From contig CAVXXK010000006.1 of the NCBI GenBank assembly GCA_963765675.1, forward strand, positions 352,001 to 416,000: a stretch of 64,000 bases of DNA, written 5' to 3'. Of this stretch, positions 29,330 to 43,334 are shown piece after piece. Within the stretch, counting starts at the first letter, position 1. Each line of letters begins with the position of its first letter. The DNA is from an uncultured delta proteobacterium. Lineage in GTDB: Bacteria; Desulfobacterota; Binatia; Binatales; Binataceae. The position numbers were made by a program, and so were the translations under genes. The notes below the pieces were generated by a model. It did no database searches, was not told the origin of the DNA, and saw only the letters and a program-made list of their open reading frames with translations.

Positions 29330-31272
29330 CGCGTCTTGGCAAAATCGATCTCGTTTCGATCGAGGATCTCGCGCTGCCCGAGATCGAGCGCATCTTTACG
29401 CTCGCCGACGGTTTCGCCGGTGCGCTCGAGCGTGGGGAATCGCTCACGCTCGCAAGCGGGCTCATCATGGCGACGCTCTTTTACGAGCCCTCGACTCGCA
29501 CGCGGCTCAGTTTCGAATCCGCGATGCATCGGCTTGGCGGCGCCGTGATCAGCTCAGCCGACATGAGTGCGAGCTCGGCAGCCAAAGGCGAGAGCCTGGC
29601 CGACACGGCGCGGATCGTCAGCGGCTACGCGGACCTGATCGTGCTTCGGCATCCGCACGACGGCGCGGCGCGCGTCGCGGCCGACTACGCGCCGTGCCCG
29701 ATCATCAACGCCGGCGACGGCAGCAGGGAGCATCCGACTCAGACGCTGTGCGATCTGTTCACGCTGCGGCGCAAGAAGGGTCAGCTAAAGGGACTCACCG
29801 TTGCGCTTTGCGGAGATTTGAAATTCGGCCGCACCGTCCATTCGCTGATTTACGCGCTCGCGCGCTTCGGCGCGAATATCGTCGCGGTTCCTACCGCCGG
29901 CATGAACGTGCCCGATTACGTGCTCGAACGTCTGGCGGCGGAACGCCACTACAGTTTTTCGACCGTTACGATGGACGAGCTCAAGTCGCTGGCCGGCGGC
30001 CTCGACGCGCTTTACCTGACGCCGAGTGCGCCGCATCAGATGGCGCTGTTCACCGGCGAGGTTCCACTCGACAAGATTCCTGCCGCCGAGCCGCCAGCCT
30101 CGCTCGACGCATTTTATGTCACGCGGCTGCAGAAGGAGCGAATCGCAAGCAAGGACGCAAAGCCTGCCGATTATGTCCGCTTCGACGCGAGCGCGCTAAA
30201 GGGGCATCGTGCACAGGAAGCCGTCGTGATGCATCCGCTGCCGCGCACCGGCGAACTTGCCTACGAACTTGATTCCGATCCGCGAGCGGTATACTTCGAG
30301 CAAGCCGCCGCCGGCGTGCCTGTGAGAATGGCGCTGATCGCTTGGCTCCTGGAGCAGACGCGAGGGGCGCGGCGCGCGCCAGTCGCAGCGCTTGAGAATA
30401 TCCGTATCCAGGCCGAACCGTCGCCGCGATGCGCGAACCCGAATTGCATAACTCGGTTCGAGGGCGCGCATCTGCATCCGCGGTTCAAGCTCACGCGCGC
30501 AGTCGAGCGCAGCGCGCTGCCACTGCGCTGCGATTTTTGCGAGCGCGAATTGCGGGTGGAATTCGTCGGCCACGCGCGAACTCATCGCTACTACCGCTAC
30601 GATGAGAGCCTGTACGGTTACGTCCGCCAGTGGATCGCCGAGGATTCCATGGCCGTGTTCGAAAACGTCAAGCAGGCCGAGGAGACCGGCTACGAACCCT
30701 ACAAGCGCGGGCCTCAGCGCGAAGTGATGAACGCGGACGAAATCGAGCGCGCGGTAGATTCGATGGCTGCGCAAGTGATTGCCGACGTCGCGGACCTCAC
30801 CAATGTCTCGATCGTCGGCGTCGTCAGCCACGGCGCGATGCTCGCGATACGAATGCGCGATCGGATCGCAGCCAAATCCGGAGTCCGTCCGCCTACCGCC
30901 GCGCTGGACCTCTACAATCCCGCCGAGACAGTCGTCGCACTCGACAGCGGCGAGCCGCTCGCGGTCGCGGATCGCGTGATCATAATCGTTGACGATGTGC
31001 TCAACAGCGGGTGGACCGTGCAGCGCGCGATGACCACGCTATGGCAGCAGGGGCGGCCCGCGTCGGTGAAGCTGGCCGTGCTGATCGACCGCGGACATCG
31101 CCTGGTTCCGATTCGCCCCAACTACGTCGGCAAAAACATTCCGACCTCGCGCACCGATCGCGTGCAGGTGCGGCTCGAGCCGCCCGACCGCGAAGGAAAA
31201 CACCCCGCGCATGACCGCGCGATGGTCTATTCGATGGTCGAGGCGCTGAAAGCACCGGAGAGCGTCGGATGA
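29326..31272 (+). CDS. pyrB: Aspartate carbamoyltransferase fused to a PyrI-type zinc domain and a C-terminal PyrR-like PRT domain
   Basis: FYEPSTRT, KGES, HPTQ, GDLKFGRTVHSL, TRLQKER, MHPLP; CANPNC...CDFC; VDDVLNSGWT...DRGHR...VGKNIPT. Confidence 0.93.
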   Translation: MTRLGKIDLVSIEDLALPEIERIFTLADGFAGALERGESLTLASGLIMATLFYEPSTRTRLSFESAMHRLGGAVISSADMSASSAAKGESLADTARIVSGYADLIVLRHPHDGAARVAADYAPCPIINAGDGSREHPTQTLCDLFTLRRKKGQLKGLTVALCGDLKFGRTVHSLIYALARFGANIVAVPTAGMNVPDYVLERLAAERHYSFSTVTMDELKSLAGGLDALYLTPSAPHQMALFTGEVPLDKIPAAEPPASLDAFYVTRLQKERIASKDAKPADYVRFDASALKGHRAQEAVVMHPLPRTGELAYELDSDPRAVYFEQAAAGVPVRMALIAWLLEQTRGARRAPVAALENIRIQAEPSPRCANPNCITRFEGAHLHPRFKLTRAVERSALPLRCDFCERELRVEFVGHARTHRYYRYDESLYGYVRQWIAEDSMAVFENVKQAEETGYEPYKRGPQREVMNADEIERAVDSMAAQVIADVADLTNVSIVGVVSHGAMLAIRMRDRIAAKSGVRPPTAALDLYNPAETVVALDSGEPLAVADRVIIIVDDVLNSGWTVQRAMTTLWQQGRPASVKLAVLIDRGHRLVPIRPNYVGKNIPTSRTDRVQVRLEPPDREGKHPAHDRAMVYSMVEALKAPESVG

Positions 31273-32636
31273 CCACCGCAGTGCTTATCCGCGGCGGACG
31301 CGTGATCGATCCCGCCTCGGGAATCGACGGGAGCTTCGATCTACTCGTGCAGGACGGCGAGATCGAAGCGCTCGAACCCGCCGGAACGATCGAAGATCCC
31401 GGCAATGTGACCATGATCCACGCCGCGGGATGCTGGGTCGTGCCGGGCCTTATCGACGCGCACGTGCATCTGCGCGACCCCGGCTTCCCGGAAAAGGAAA
31501 CCATCGCGACCGGCCTGCGCGCTGCCGCCGCCGGCGGATTCACCGCCGTCGCTGCGATGGCTAACACCAATCCGGTGAACGACTCGCCCGCGACGACCGC
31601 GTACATGCTCGGGCGTGCCGACGACGCGCATGCTGCGCGCTTGATTCCAGTCTCTGCAGTAACTCGAGGATTGGCGGGCGTCGAGTGTGTGGACTACGCC
31701 GCCATGGCTCAAGCCGGCGCGCGACTCTTCTCCGACGACGGGATGCCGGTTGACGACCCTGTGCTGCTCGGCCGCGCGATGGACGAAATCGGACGATTGA
31801 ATTTGGCTATCTCTCTGCACGAGGAAGATCGCGGCCTGTCCTGCAACGGCGCGGCCAACGCCGGCGAGGTCTCGCGCAGCCTCGGCGTCACCGGATACAG
31901 CGATGCGGCGGAAGCGAAGCGAATCCGGCGCGACTTGGCGCTCGCGATCGGATCCGGTGCGCCGGTTCATATCGCGCACGTATCGACGCGCGAATCGCTC
32001 GACCTCATTCGCGCCGCGCGGCGCAACGGAGCGCGGGTGACGTGCGAGGTGACTCCACATCATTTCGGGCTCGACGAACGAGCGGTCCTGCGCTGGGGTC
32101 CCAACGCGAAAATGAATCCGCCCCTGCGTTCACCTGACGATGTCGCCTCGATTCACGAAGCGATCGCCGACGGCACGATCGACATGATCGCGAGCGATCA
32201 CGCGCCGCACGACCCCGGCTCGAAGCATCTGGATCGCGTGGCGGCATACTTCGATCCCGCACGCGAGGCGGACGTGCTCGCGCCCGCGGTGGCGAAAGAG
32301 TTCTCTGCCGCCGCCAACGGCATTGTCGGGCTGGAGACCTCGCTTGGTCTCGCGCTGGAATTGGTGCATCGATCATTGATTAGCGCCGCGCGATTGGTTG
32401 AGATGATGAGCCTGAATCCCGCGGCGCTTTTGCGTATGGATGCGGGAAATCTCGCACCGGGAGGACCGGCGGATATTACGGTGATTGATCCGAACCTCGA
32501 ATGGACCGTCGAGCCGGCGCATTTTTTGTCGAAGAGCCGCAACACTCCGTTCGCCGGCAGACGACTGCGAGGCAGGGCGCGATTGACGATCGTCGCGGGC
32601 GAAATCGTCTTCGATGCGCGCAAGGTGGAGCGATGA
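31269..32636 (+). CDS. pyrC: Dihydroorotase (type I)
   Basis: [45 protein letters not shown]. Confidence 0.95.
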   Translation: MTTAVLIRGGRVIDPASGIDGSFDLLVQDGEIEALEPAGTIEDPGNVTMIHAAGCWVVPGLIDAHVHLRDPGFPEKETIATGLRAAAAGGFTAVAAMANTNPVNDSPATTAYMLGRADDAHAARLIPVSAVTRGLAGVECVDYAAMAQAGARLFSDDGMPVDDPVLLGRAMDEIGRLNLAISLHEEDRGLSCNGAANAGEVSRSLGVTGYSDAAEAKRIRRDLALAIGSGAPVHIAHVSTRESLDLIRAARRNGARVTCEVTPHHFGLDERAVLRWGPNAKMNPPLRSPDDVASIHEAIADGTIDMIASDHAPHDPGSKHLDRVAAYFDPAREADVLAPAVAKEFSAAANGIVGLETSLGLALELVHRSLISAARLVEMMSLNPAALLRMDAGNLAPGGPADITVIDPNLEWTVEPAHFLSKSRNTPFAGRRLRGRARLTIVAGEIVFDARKVER

Positions 32637-33831
32637 GTACGCCGCAGCGGCCCGCGATCCTGGCACTCGCCGACGGACGGATCTTTCGCGGACGCGCATT
32701 CGGCGCTATCGGCGAACGAACCGGTGAGGTCGTATTCAACACCGCGATGACCGGGTATCAGGAAGTGCTGACCGACCCCTCGTACAAGGGGCAGCTCGTC
32801 TGCATGACCTATCCGGAGATCGGAAACGTCGGAATCAATCGCGAAGACGCCGAGTCGCGGCGGATTTACGTCGAGGGCTTTATCGTCCGCGAGTATTGGG
32901 ACCGCCCGTCAAACTGGCGCGCGGAAATGCCACTCGGTAAATATCTGGAAGAAGCTCGAGTTCCCGGAATTGAAGGAATCGACACGCGCGCGCTGGTCCG
33001 CCATATCCGCGAGCACGGCGCGCAGGAAGCGGTCCTTTCGAGCGTCGATCTCGACGCCGCTTCGCTGGTCAGAAAAGCAAAGGCTTCTCCGGGCCTGGTC
33101 GGGCGCGACCTGGTGAAAGAAGTCACCTGCGCCGAGGCCTACGATTGGGAAACCGGCGCGTGGCGTCTCGACGGTGGCTACCGGCCCGCGACGCGCGAGG
33201 AATTGCGCGATGCGCCGCTGGTCATCGCGCTGGATTACGGAATCAAGCTCAATATCCTGCGCCAGCTCGTCGCGACAGGTTTTCGCGTGCGCGTGATGCC
33301 GGCGCGGTCGAGCGCCGAGGAAATTCTGGCTGCGAATCCCGACGGCATTTTTCTTTCCAACGGACCCGCTGATCCGGCGGCCCTCCCGTACGCTCACAAA
33401 GCGGTCGCGGGAGTTCTGGGCAAGCGCCCGGTATTCGGCATTTGCCTGGGGCATCAGATAATCGGGCTGGCGCTCGGGGGAAAACGTACAAGCTCGACTT
33501 CGGGCATCATGGCGCGAATCATCCGGTGATGGATCTGCGCACGCGCAAGGTCGAGATCACTTCGCAGAATCACGGCTTCGCGGTTGATTCCGATTCGGTC
33601 GCCGGACGTGCCGAGCTGTCGCATCTGAATCTCAATGATCGCACGGTCGAAGGATTGCGGGGGGAGGGCTCTCCATTTTTCTCGGTGCAGTATCATCCCG
33701 AGGCGTCACCGGGTCCGCACGATTCGAGCTACCTGTTCAAACGCTTCAAGCGGATGGTCGAGCTGTATCCAAAACATGGCGCGGAAACGCTCGACCGCGT
33801 CGCCGCCGAAGAAGCTGCCGCCGCGAAATGA
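32633..33831 (+). CDS. carA: Carbamoyl-phosphate synthase small subunit; one-base deletion near 33480
   Basis: [25 protein letters not shown]; [16 protein letters not shown] and QYHPE lie in a shifted frame after the GGGGGGAAAA run. Confidence 0.93.
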
Positions 33832-33881
33832 CAACCGCAATTGCATCAACCGTACAGAAATGATCGACCGGATAATTTGAC

Positions 33882-37088
<3,207 letters not shown>

Positions 37089-37117
37089 GATGCCGCGCAC
37101 GAGGGCTCTGGAAGCCG

Positions 37118-39264
37118 ATGCGCGCAATCATCGCAGATAGCACCAAGCGGGCAAACGCGTCCCGTCCAGCGCTGTCGCCCGATACGCCGGTCGCCGATCT
37201 GCAGGGCGTTGGTCCCAAGCGCGCCGCTGCGATGGCCGAGCGCGGAATCTTGACGCTGCGCGATCTGGTTTTTCACTTGCCCTCGCGCTACCAGGATTGG
37301 CGCGGCCTGACGAAGCTCGCGGCGCTCGCTCCCGGCGCGACTGTGACCGTCGCCGGCGAGCTCGGCAAAGTTTCAGAACGGCCGATGCGCGGGTCGCGAT
37401 GGCGCCGGCTCGCGACCGGTCTACTTACTGAGCAAGGCGGCGCACGCGTTCGCTTGGTGTGGTTCAATCTACCCGCGTACATGCGCGGACGGATGCCGTC
37501 GAATGAGCGCGTGCTCGCGCACGGCCGCGTGAGCGCGAACGCCGACGGCGGACTCGACATCGTTCAGCCCGAGCTTCATCTGCTGTCGTCAGGCGAGCCG
37601 CCTCCTGTGCGTCCGGCCTACCGATTGCCCGCGTCGATCGGCCAGCGGCTGTTCGCGTCGCTGGTCGAAAAGGCGCTGGCCGGTATCGGTGAGCAAATCC
37701 GCGGCGCGCTGCCGGACGAGTTGCGTGGCGATCTCTCGATGTTCGAGGCGCTCCGCTACCTGCACCAGCCTCCCGTCGACGCGGATTGCGCATTACTTGA
37801 GCGCGGCGAATCGCCGGGGCATCTGGCGCTCGCATTCGACGAGCTATTCGCCTTCGAGCTGGCTCTGTGTCTGGAGCGCGAGCGTGCCGCCGTGCGGTCG
37901 GGTATCGCGCTGTCCGGCGATGGACGCGTGACGGCGCGATGGCTTGGCGAGTTGCCGTTCGCGCTGACCGGCGCGCAGTCGCGTGCGCTCGAGGAGATCG
38001 CCGGAGACCTCGAATGTCCTGGCGCAGATGAACCGGATGCTCCTGGGTGACGTCGGCAGCGGCAAGACAATCGTCGCGTTCTGGGCGGCGCTGCGCGCGG
38101 TCGAGTGCGGCTATCAGGCCGCGATCATGGCGCCGACCGAGCTCCTGGCGGAGCAGCATCACGCGAGCTTCCAGAGCCTCTGTGGCAGACTCGGAATCGC
38201 GGCAGGGCTGTTGACCGCGAAAGTCACCGGCGCGGCGCGCGCCTCTACGCTTCGGACCCTCGCGTCGGGTGCGATGCCGATCGTGTTCGGCACCCACGCG
38301 ATTATCCAGGAGCGCGTGAAGATTCGCCGGCTCGGCCTCGGCGTGATCGACGAGCAGCATCGCTTCGGCGTGTTCGATCGTGCGCGGCTGAAAGCGCTCG
38401 GCGCGGAGGCTAATCTCCTGATGATGACGGCGACGCCGATACCGCGCAGCCTCGCGCTCTCGCTGTTCGCGAACCTCGAGGTCTCATTTCTCGACGAATT
38501 ACCGCCGGGGCGCACACCGATTACTACGGAGATTTTCTCCGAAGCCGATCTCGAAAAGCTTGATTCGATCGTTCGCGATGAGCTGCGCGCCGGTAACCGC
38601 GCCTACTACGTGCTGCCCCGGATCGAGAGTGCCGAAGACGCCGACGATGACGAGGTTCGTTCGGTCACCGCAATGGCCGAGCGGCTGAAGCGCGGCGCGC
38701 TCGGAGATTACAAAATCGCGATTCTGCACGGGCGAATGCGCGACGAGCGACAAAGAAGCGGCGATGCGCGATTTTCGCGACGGCGCGATCCAGGTGCTGG
38801 TCTCGACCACCGTGGTCGAAGTCGGAATCGATGTGCCGGAGGCTTCGGTGATCGTGATCGTTGCCGCCGAACGCTACGGCCTTGCGCAGTTGCATCAGCT
38901 CCGTGGCAGGGTAGGGCGCGGACGCGCGGCCTCGCGATGCTTCCTGGTCGCCTCGCGCGAGGCCGACGAAACCGCGCTCGAGCGCCTGGGCGTGATGATT
39001 GTCTGCGCCAGCGGCGCCGAAGTTGCCCGCGAGGATTTGCGCATTCGCGGCCCCGGCGATTTGCTCGGTGCGCGCCAGACCGGCGCGTTGCCGCTCAAGT
39101 TCATCCACCTGGTGCGCGATCCGCTCACGATCGAAAAGGCCCGTGCGATGGCCGAGGACTGGCTTGGCCGCGACCCCGGTCTGCGGACGCCGGCCTCGCA
39201 AGGCGCGCGCCGCGCGATCCGCCAGATGCTGGCGCATGGGTTCAGCCTCGGCGATGTAGGCTAG
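37118..39264 (+). CDS. recG: ATP-dependent DNA helicase RecG; frameshifts near 38021 and 38743
   Basis: GVGPKR, FDELF, GDVGSGKT, DEQHRFG, ATPIPRS, LHGRM, TTVVEVGIDVP, LHQLRGRVGRG spread over three frames. Confidence 0.92.
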
Positions 39265-39265
39265 A

Positions 39266-39778
39266 ATGGAAGGCAGGGTAGAACGGGTGCCTCGCAAAAT
39301 AAAATCCAAACCTGGCCAGCCAGCCGCTGCGCGCCGCAGGATTCCGCTCCGCCGCGAGGTTTCGGCTGGCGGAATCGTCTGGCGTCCCGGCGAGCGGGGA
39401 ATCGAGATCGCGATGATCCGGCCGCACGGCTCGGATGCCTGGGCTCTTCCCAAGGGCCACATCGAAAAAGATGAGAGCATCGAGAGTGCGGCGATTCGCG
39501 AGGTTCGCGAGGAAACCGGCCTCGACGTCGCCGAGGTCCGCGCGCTGGGCGACGTTGCTTACATCTTTTCCTGGCGCGACAAGCGGCGCGGCACGATCAC
39601 TCGGGTCAGCAAGCGGGTGCATTTTTTTCTGATGGAGTTCGCGGGCGGCAATACCGCCGATCACGACGGCGAGATCGACGAAGTCGCATGGGTGCCGATA
39701 GACGCCGCGCTGAGCCGTGCCAGCTACGCGAACGAACGAGTGCTGATCGAGAAGGCGCGCGCGCAGCTTCAGGTTTGA
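39266..39778 (+). CDS. NUDIX hydrolase
   Basis: Nudix box GHIEKDESIESAAIREVREETG. Confidence 0.9.
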   Translation: MEGRVERVPRKIKSKPGQPAAARRRIPLRREVSAGGIVWRPGERGIEIAMIRPHGSDAWALPKGHIEKDESIESAAIREVREETGLDVAEVRALGDVAYIFSWRDKRRGTITRVSKRVHFFLMEFAGGNTADHDGEIDEVAWVPIDAALSRASYANERVLIEKARAQLQV

Positions 39779-39788
39779 TTCCGGTCGG

Positions 39789-41069
39789 CTAGGGCGAGAT
39801 CGGATGGCCGGCGATCGCGCTCGATTTCCAAATCGCGGGTGCGAGCTCGTGGAAGCGAATCGCGCCGTCGCCGATCAGGACCAGCACCGCGTTCCCGTTC
39901 TGCTCGACATGGCGCGCGGTCAGACCCGGTAGTGACTTCGCGAGAATCTGCGGATAGAGCGCCGCGAAATTCTCGGCCTGTCCGCGATTGTGGAACGCGA
40001 CAATCCAGACCAAAGTCACGTCGGTTGATTTCTGCAGTGCGACGAAGTGATCGCCCGCCCATCCGTCCGCCGCCGCGACGTAGGGAGTTCCCTCGCCGAT
40101 CCAGTGCTCGATCACCATTCTCAGGACCAGCTCGCCAAAGGTATCCTCGTCGGCTTTTTTCCAGGCGGCGAGTACCTTTTCGTAGCCCGCGACGTGCACC
40201 TGAAGCGGCGCGTCTGGATGATCGAAATAGAGCTCAGGATGAATGATCTGCCGTGTGGACTGCGGCGGATTGCGATAAATCGCGTCGACTGCCGCCCACC
40301 CGCCGCGATGGTATCCCGCCGCGACAAAGCGCGCGCCGTCGAGGTATGGAAAGATCAGCAGCTTGCGCATCTGCACGCCCAGACCCTTGGCGCTGCCGAG
40401 GAAAATCACGCTCGCGTCCTCGCTGTTGTCGAGGAAGTAGTCAATCGTCGGATCGTCGGCTCGGCCCACGACCGAGCAGAAACCAGAAAGGGTCGCGTCG
40501 CCTTCGAGCAGCGCACGCAATGCGAATTCGCGGTCGGTGTTGCCGTGGGTTGCTTTCTGTTCGGCCGTGATGTCGAAGTGCTGATCCTGCAAAGCGTGGG
40601 TCAGCTCGTGCGCCAGGACGCCCGCCGTGCTCAGCTTGAGCGCAAACTCGAGCAGGCGCGGATTCACCATCGGATTGGCGGGTATCGGCCGCTCGATAAT
40701 CACCATGTCCTTCTGCCGCGAATCGTAGAAGCCAGCGAGCTGCGACTTGAGCATCGTCAGGTTCTCTTTGGCGAGATCGACCTTCGGCGGATAAAGGCCG
40801 ATCAGCTCGCCCTCGCGTGCGTCGAGTTCGAGTTCCGCCGGCGTCGTATCGCGCTCGAGATCGGCCCGCAGCCGCGTTTGCGATTGATCGACCGTGAGAT
40901 ACGAAAACGGAACCGGATGCAGAAACTTGAGCGCGCGAATCTTCTGTACGCGGTCGGTTACAGTCCGCGTCTCTTCCGGATTGAGGATGCCCTGGACGGT
41001 TTCCGCCGAGACGCCCGCGACGATCGCGAGTGTCGCAGCAATCGCCGCCAAAAAAATCAACCGCCTCAT
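39789..41069 (-). CDS. Secreted HEXXH zinc-metallopeptidase-like protein (paralog B)
   Basis: Signal peptide MRRLIFLAA...; AGFYD, LAHELTHALQDQ, EGDAT, PPQSTRQIIHPE. Confidence 0.75.
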   Translation of the reverse strand: MRRLIFLAAIAATLAIVAGVSAETVQGILNPEETRTVTDRVQKIRALKFLHPVPFSYLTVDQSQTRLRADLERDTTPAELELDAREGELIGLYPPKVDLAKENLTMLKSQLAGFYDSRQKDMVIIERPIPANPMVNPRLLEFALKLSTAGVLAHELTHALQDQHFDITAEQKATHGNTDREFALRALLEGDATLSGFCSVVGRADDPTIDYFLDNSEDASVIFLGSAKGLGVQMRKLLIFPYLDGARFVAAGYHRGGWAAVDAIYRNPPQSTRQIIHPELYFDHPDAPLQVHVAGYEKVLAAWKKADEDTFGELVLRMVIEHWIGEGTPYVAAADGWAGDHFVALQKSTDVTLVWIVAFHNRGQAENFAALYPQILAKSLPGLTARHVEQNGNAVLVLIGDGAIRFHELAPAIWKSSAIAGHPISP

Positions 41070-41115
41070 GCCCAGTCCCCCCTTTTCGACCTTGCGCGCG
41101 CGGGTCACACAATAG

Positions 41116-42477
41116 CTACGGACGATTCGGCGACGTATCGCCCGGCATCCCCGCCATCGCGGCGTTCGCGATCGGATGCCCCCCGATCGTGCTCGCGCGC
41201 CAGAGGGCCGGCCCTAGCACACCCATGTAATGGGCGGCTTCGCCGATCACTATCAGCACCGCGTTTTCGCGATAATCGATCTCGTGCGCCGTCGAGCCGA
41301 GCAACCGATCGAGCAGGCTCGAATAGGCGACCGCGAATTTACCGGCGGCGCCGTCGTCTGTAAACGCGATAATGCCAATCACGGAAATCGCATCCTCGTC
41401 TTGCAGGACGACGAAACGGTCGCCGGTCCATCGCGCGGCCAGCGCGGCTTGCCCGGCGTCTTCAGTGGGATTTTTTTTGAGATCGCGCTCGAGGATTACG
41501 CGAACCAGAAGTTCGCCCAAGGTGAAACCGTCCACCTGTTTCCACGCCGGCATCGTCGGCTGATAGCCGCTGATCGACACCGTGAGCGGCGGGACAGGAT
41601 CATCAAAATACGCCTCGGGATGAATTATCTGATGCGAAGACTCCGGCGGCTTGGCGTACAGCGCGTCAACCGCCTTCCACCCTCCGCGCCGGTAGGCTTC
41701 GGCCACGAACTTCACGCCCGCGGAGTATTGAAACAAAAGCGGCGCGCTCAGACCCACCGGAGTGCCCGGAGTCTCCTCCGCGAAGAGCTTCGGAAGCTGT
41801 CCGAGCTGGCTCTCGATTGTGTCCAGGGTCGCGTCGTCCATCGTTTCCGTAACATACGCCATCCCCGCGATAGTCGCGTCGCCCTCGGCCACCGATTTGA
41901 GCGCGAGTGCGCGATCGTCATCGTCCTTCAGCGCTTCGAGCCTGTCGCCCAGATTAAAATTCTGATCCTGCAGCGCGTGGGTCAGCTCATGTGCGAGCAG
42001 CATCTCGCCGACCAGATCGCGCTGTACGACGAACTCGGCCGCGTTGTTCAGAAACCCGATATCGTCAGAGCCCTCGACCAGCACCATCTCGTGCGCATGA
42101 GGATCGTAGAATCCCGCCACCTGGCTGCGCAGCAGCTTCAGCTCCTCGGCCTTAAGATCGATCCCGGCGGGAAAAAGTCCGAGCAGGGCGCCGGCCGCGC
42201 CCTCAGCCGCCATCTCGGCGTCGGTATTGTCGCGTTCGAGCTCGCGCTCCATCTGGGTTTCGGCTTCGTCCTTGGTTTCGACGACCAGCGGCACCGGAGC
42301 TTTGAATTTCAACTGCCGGAGCACCTGAATGCCCTGCTCGATCTGGTCCGCCTTGGCGTCGTTGATTTTGCCGCGATTCACCAGCGCGTAGGCGCATCCT
42401 GCCGCGGCGATCGCGAATCCGAACAGAACCAGAGCGCGGTACGCGGCTCTCTGTGGGCGGATTTCGCGCTCGATCAT
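41116..42477 (-). CDS. Secreted or lipoprotein HEXXH zinc-metallopeptidase-like protein (paralog A)
   Basis: Possible lipobox AAGC; AGFYD, LAHELTHALQDQ, EGDAT, PPESSHQIIHPE. Confidence 0.75.
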   Translation of the reverse strand: MIEREIRPQRAAYRALVLFGFAIAAAGCAYALVNRGKINDAKADQIEQGIQVLRQLKFKAPVPLVVETKDEAETQMERELERDNTDAEMAAEGAAGALLGLFPAGIDLKAEELKLLRSQVAGFYDPHAHEMVLVEGSDDIGFLNNAAEFVVQRDLVGEMLLAHELTHALQDQNFNLGDRLEALKDDDDRALALKSVAEGDATIAGMAYVTETMDDATLDTIESQLGQLPKLFAEETPGTPVGLSAPLLFQYSAGVKFVAEAYRRGGWKAVDALYAKPPESSHQIIHPEAYFDDPVPPLTVSISGYQPTMPAWKQVDGFTLGELLVRVILERDLKKNPTEDAGQAALAARWTGDRFVVLQDEDAISVIGIIAFTDDGAAGKFAVAYSSLLDRLLGSTAHEIDYRENAVLIVIGEAAHYMGVLGPALWRASTIGGHPIANAAMAGMPGDTSPNRP

Positions 42478-42493
42478 TCGCGGCTGTCCGGCC

Positions 42494-43195
42494 TCAATCG
42501 CTGACTATGAGAGGATAGCCGATTTTCGCGGCCTGGCTGGCGCGCCCTTGTGCCGCCTCGCGGGTCTCGAACGGACCCATCCGAACCCGGTAGTAATGAT
42601 TAGTTCCTGCGCCGATTTCCTCGATGTGAACGTCGTCATAGTACTGCTTCAACTGATCGCGCAGCTCGTGCGCATGCTCTGAGCTGTTGAACGAGCCGAC
42701 CTGCACGTAGAATCGCGGCTGGGTTCCGACCGCGCGCGAACCCGGCGGCGCCGACAGCAGATCGATCTTCACGTGCGCCGTACCCTTGTCGAGCATCCCG
42801 ATCATCGTCGCCGCTTTGTGCGACAGGTCAATCTTGCGGCCTTTTTTTAGCGGGCCATGATCGTTGATCAGCACCTCGACCGAACGTCCCGTGTCCAGAT
42901 TGGTCACGATCACGCGGCTGCCGAGCGGATAGATCATCGACGCAGCGGTCAGATCGTTCTGATCGTAGATGTCACCGGTCGAGGTCTGGTGGCCGCTGAA
43001 TCCCGGTCCATACCACGACGCGACGCCATACTGCGGTGCAGGATGCGCTCGGCCCGGAACCTCAACCACGGGCGCGGGGACAGGCGGAGGTGGCGGGGGC
43101 GGTTGATAGGTTGTCGCGCACGCGGTCAGCGCGATACTCATCGCGAGAGCAGCGCCGCATCGAAAGATCCAATGGTGGACCCTGTTTCCGCTCAC
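42494..43195 (-). CDS. rlpA: Septal lytic transglycosylase RlpA with SPOR domain
   Basis: Lipobox LTAC, GVASWYG, INDHGP, IDLS; SPOR motifs YVQVGSF and YRVRMGPF. Confidence 0.9.
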   Translation of the reverse strand: MSGNRVHHWIFRCGAALAMSIALTACATTYQPPPPPPPVPAPVVEVPGRAHPAPQYGVASWYGPGFSGHQTSTGDIYDQNDLTAASMIYPLGSRVIVTNLDTGRSVEVLINDHGPLKKGRKIDLSHKAATMIGMLDKGTAHVKIDLLSAPPGSRAVGTQPRFYVQVGSFNSSEHAHELRDQLKQYYDDVHIEEIGAGTNHYYRVRMGPFETREAAQGRASQAAKIGYPLIVSD

Positions 43196-43334
43196 GTTGA
43201 TTACCTCGCTTCCCGCGGTTGATTATAGATTTTCACCGGAACACGTATAAGCGTCTTGTTGATGAATCAATTTCCGGGCCTTAGAAGCGGCGACTGCTCA
43301 TGGTAGCATCCGGAGCGTTACTCAAAGAGCGAAT

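Noticed and set aside
33470-33490. Programmed frameshifting or pseudogenisation of carA (and of ugd, recG)
   Set aside because: No recoding is known for these genes, the rest of each operon is intact, and similar indels are scattered across the window, so sequencing error is more parsimonious.
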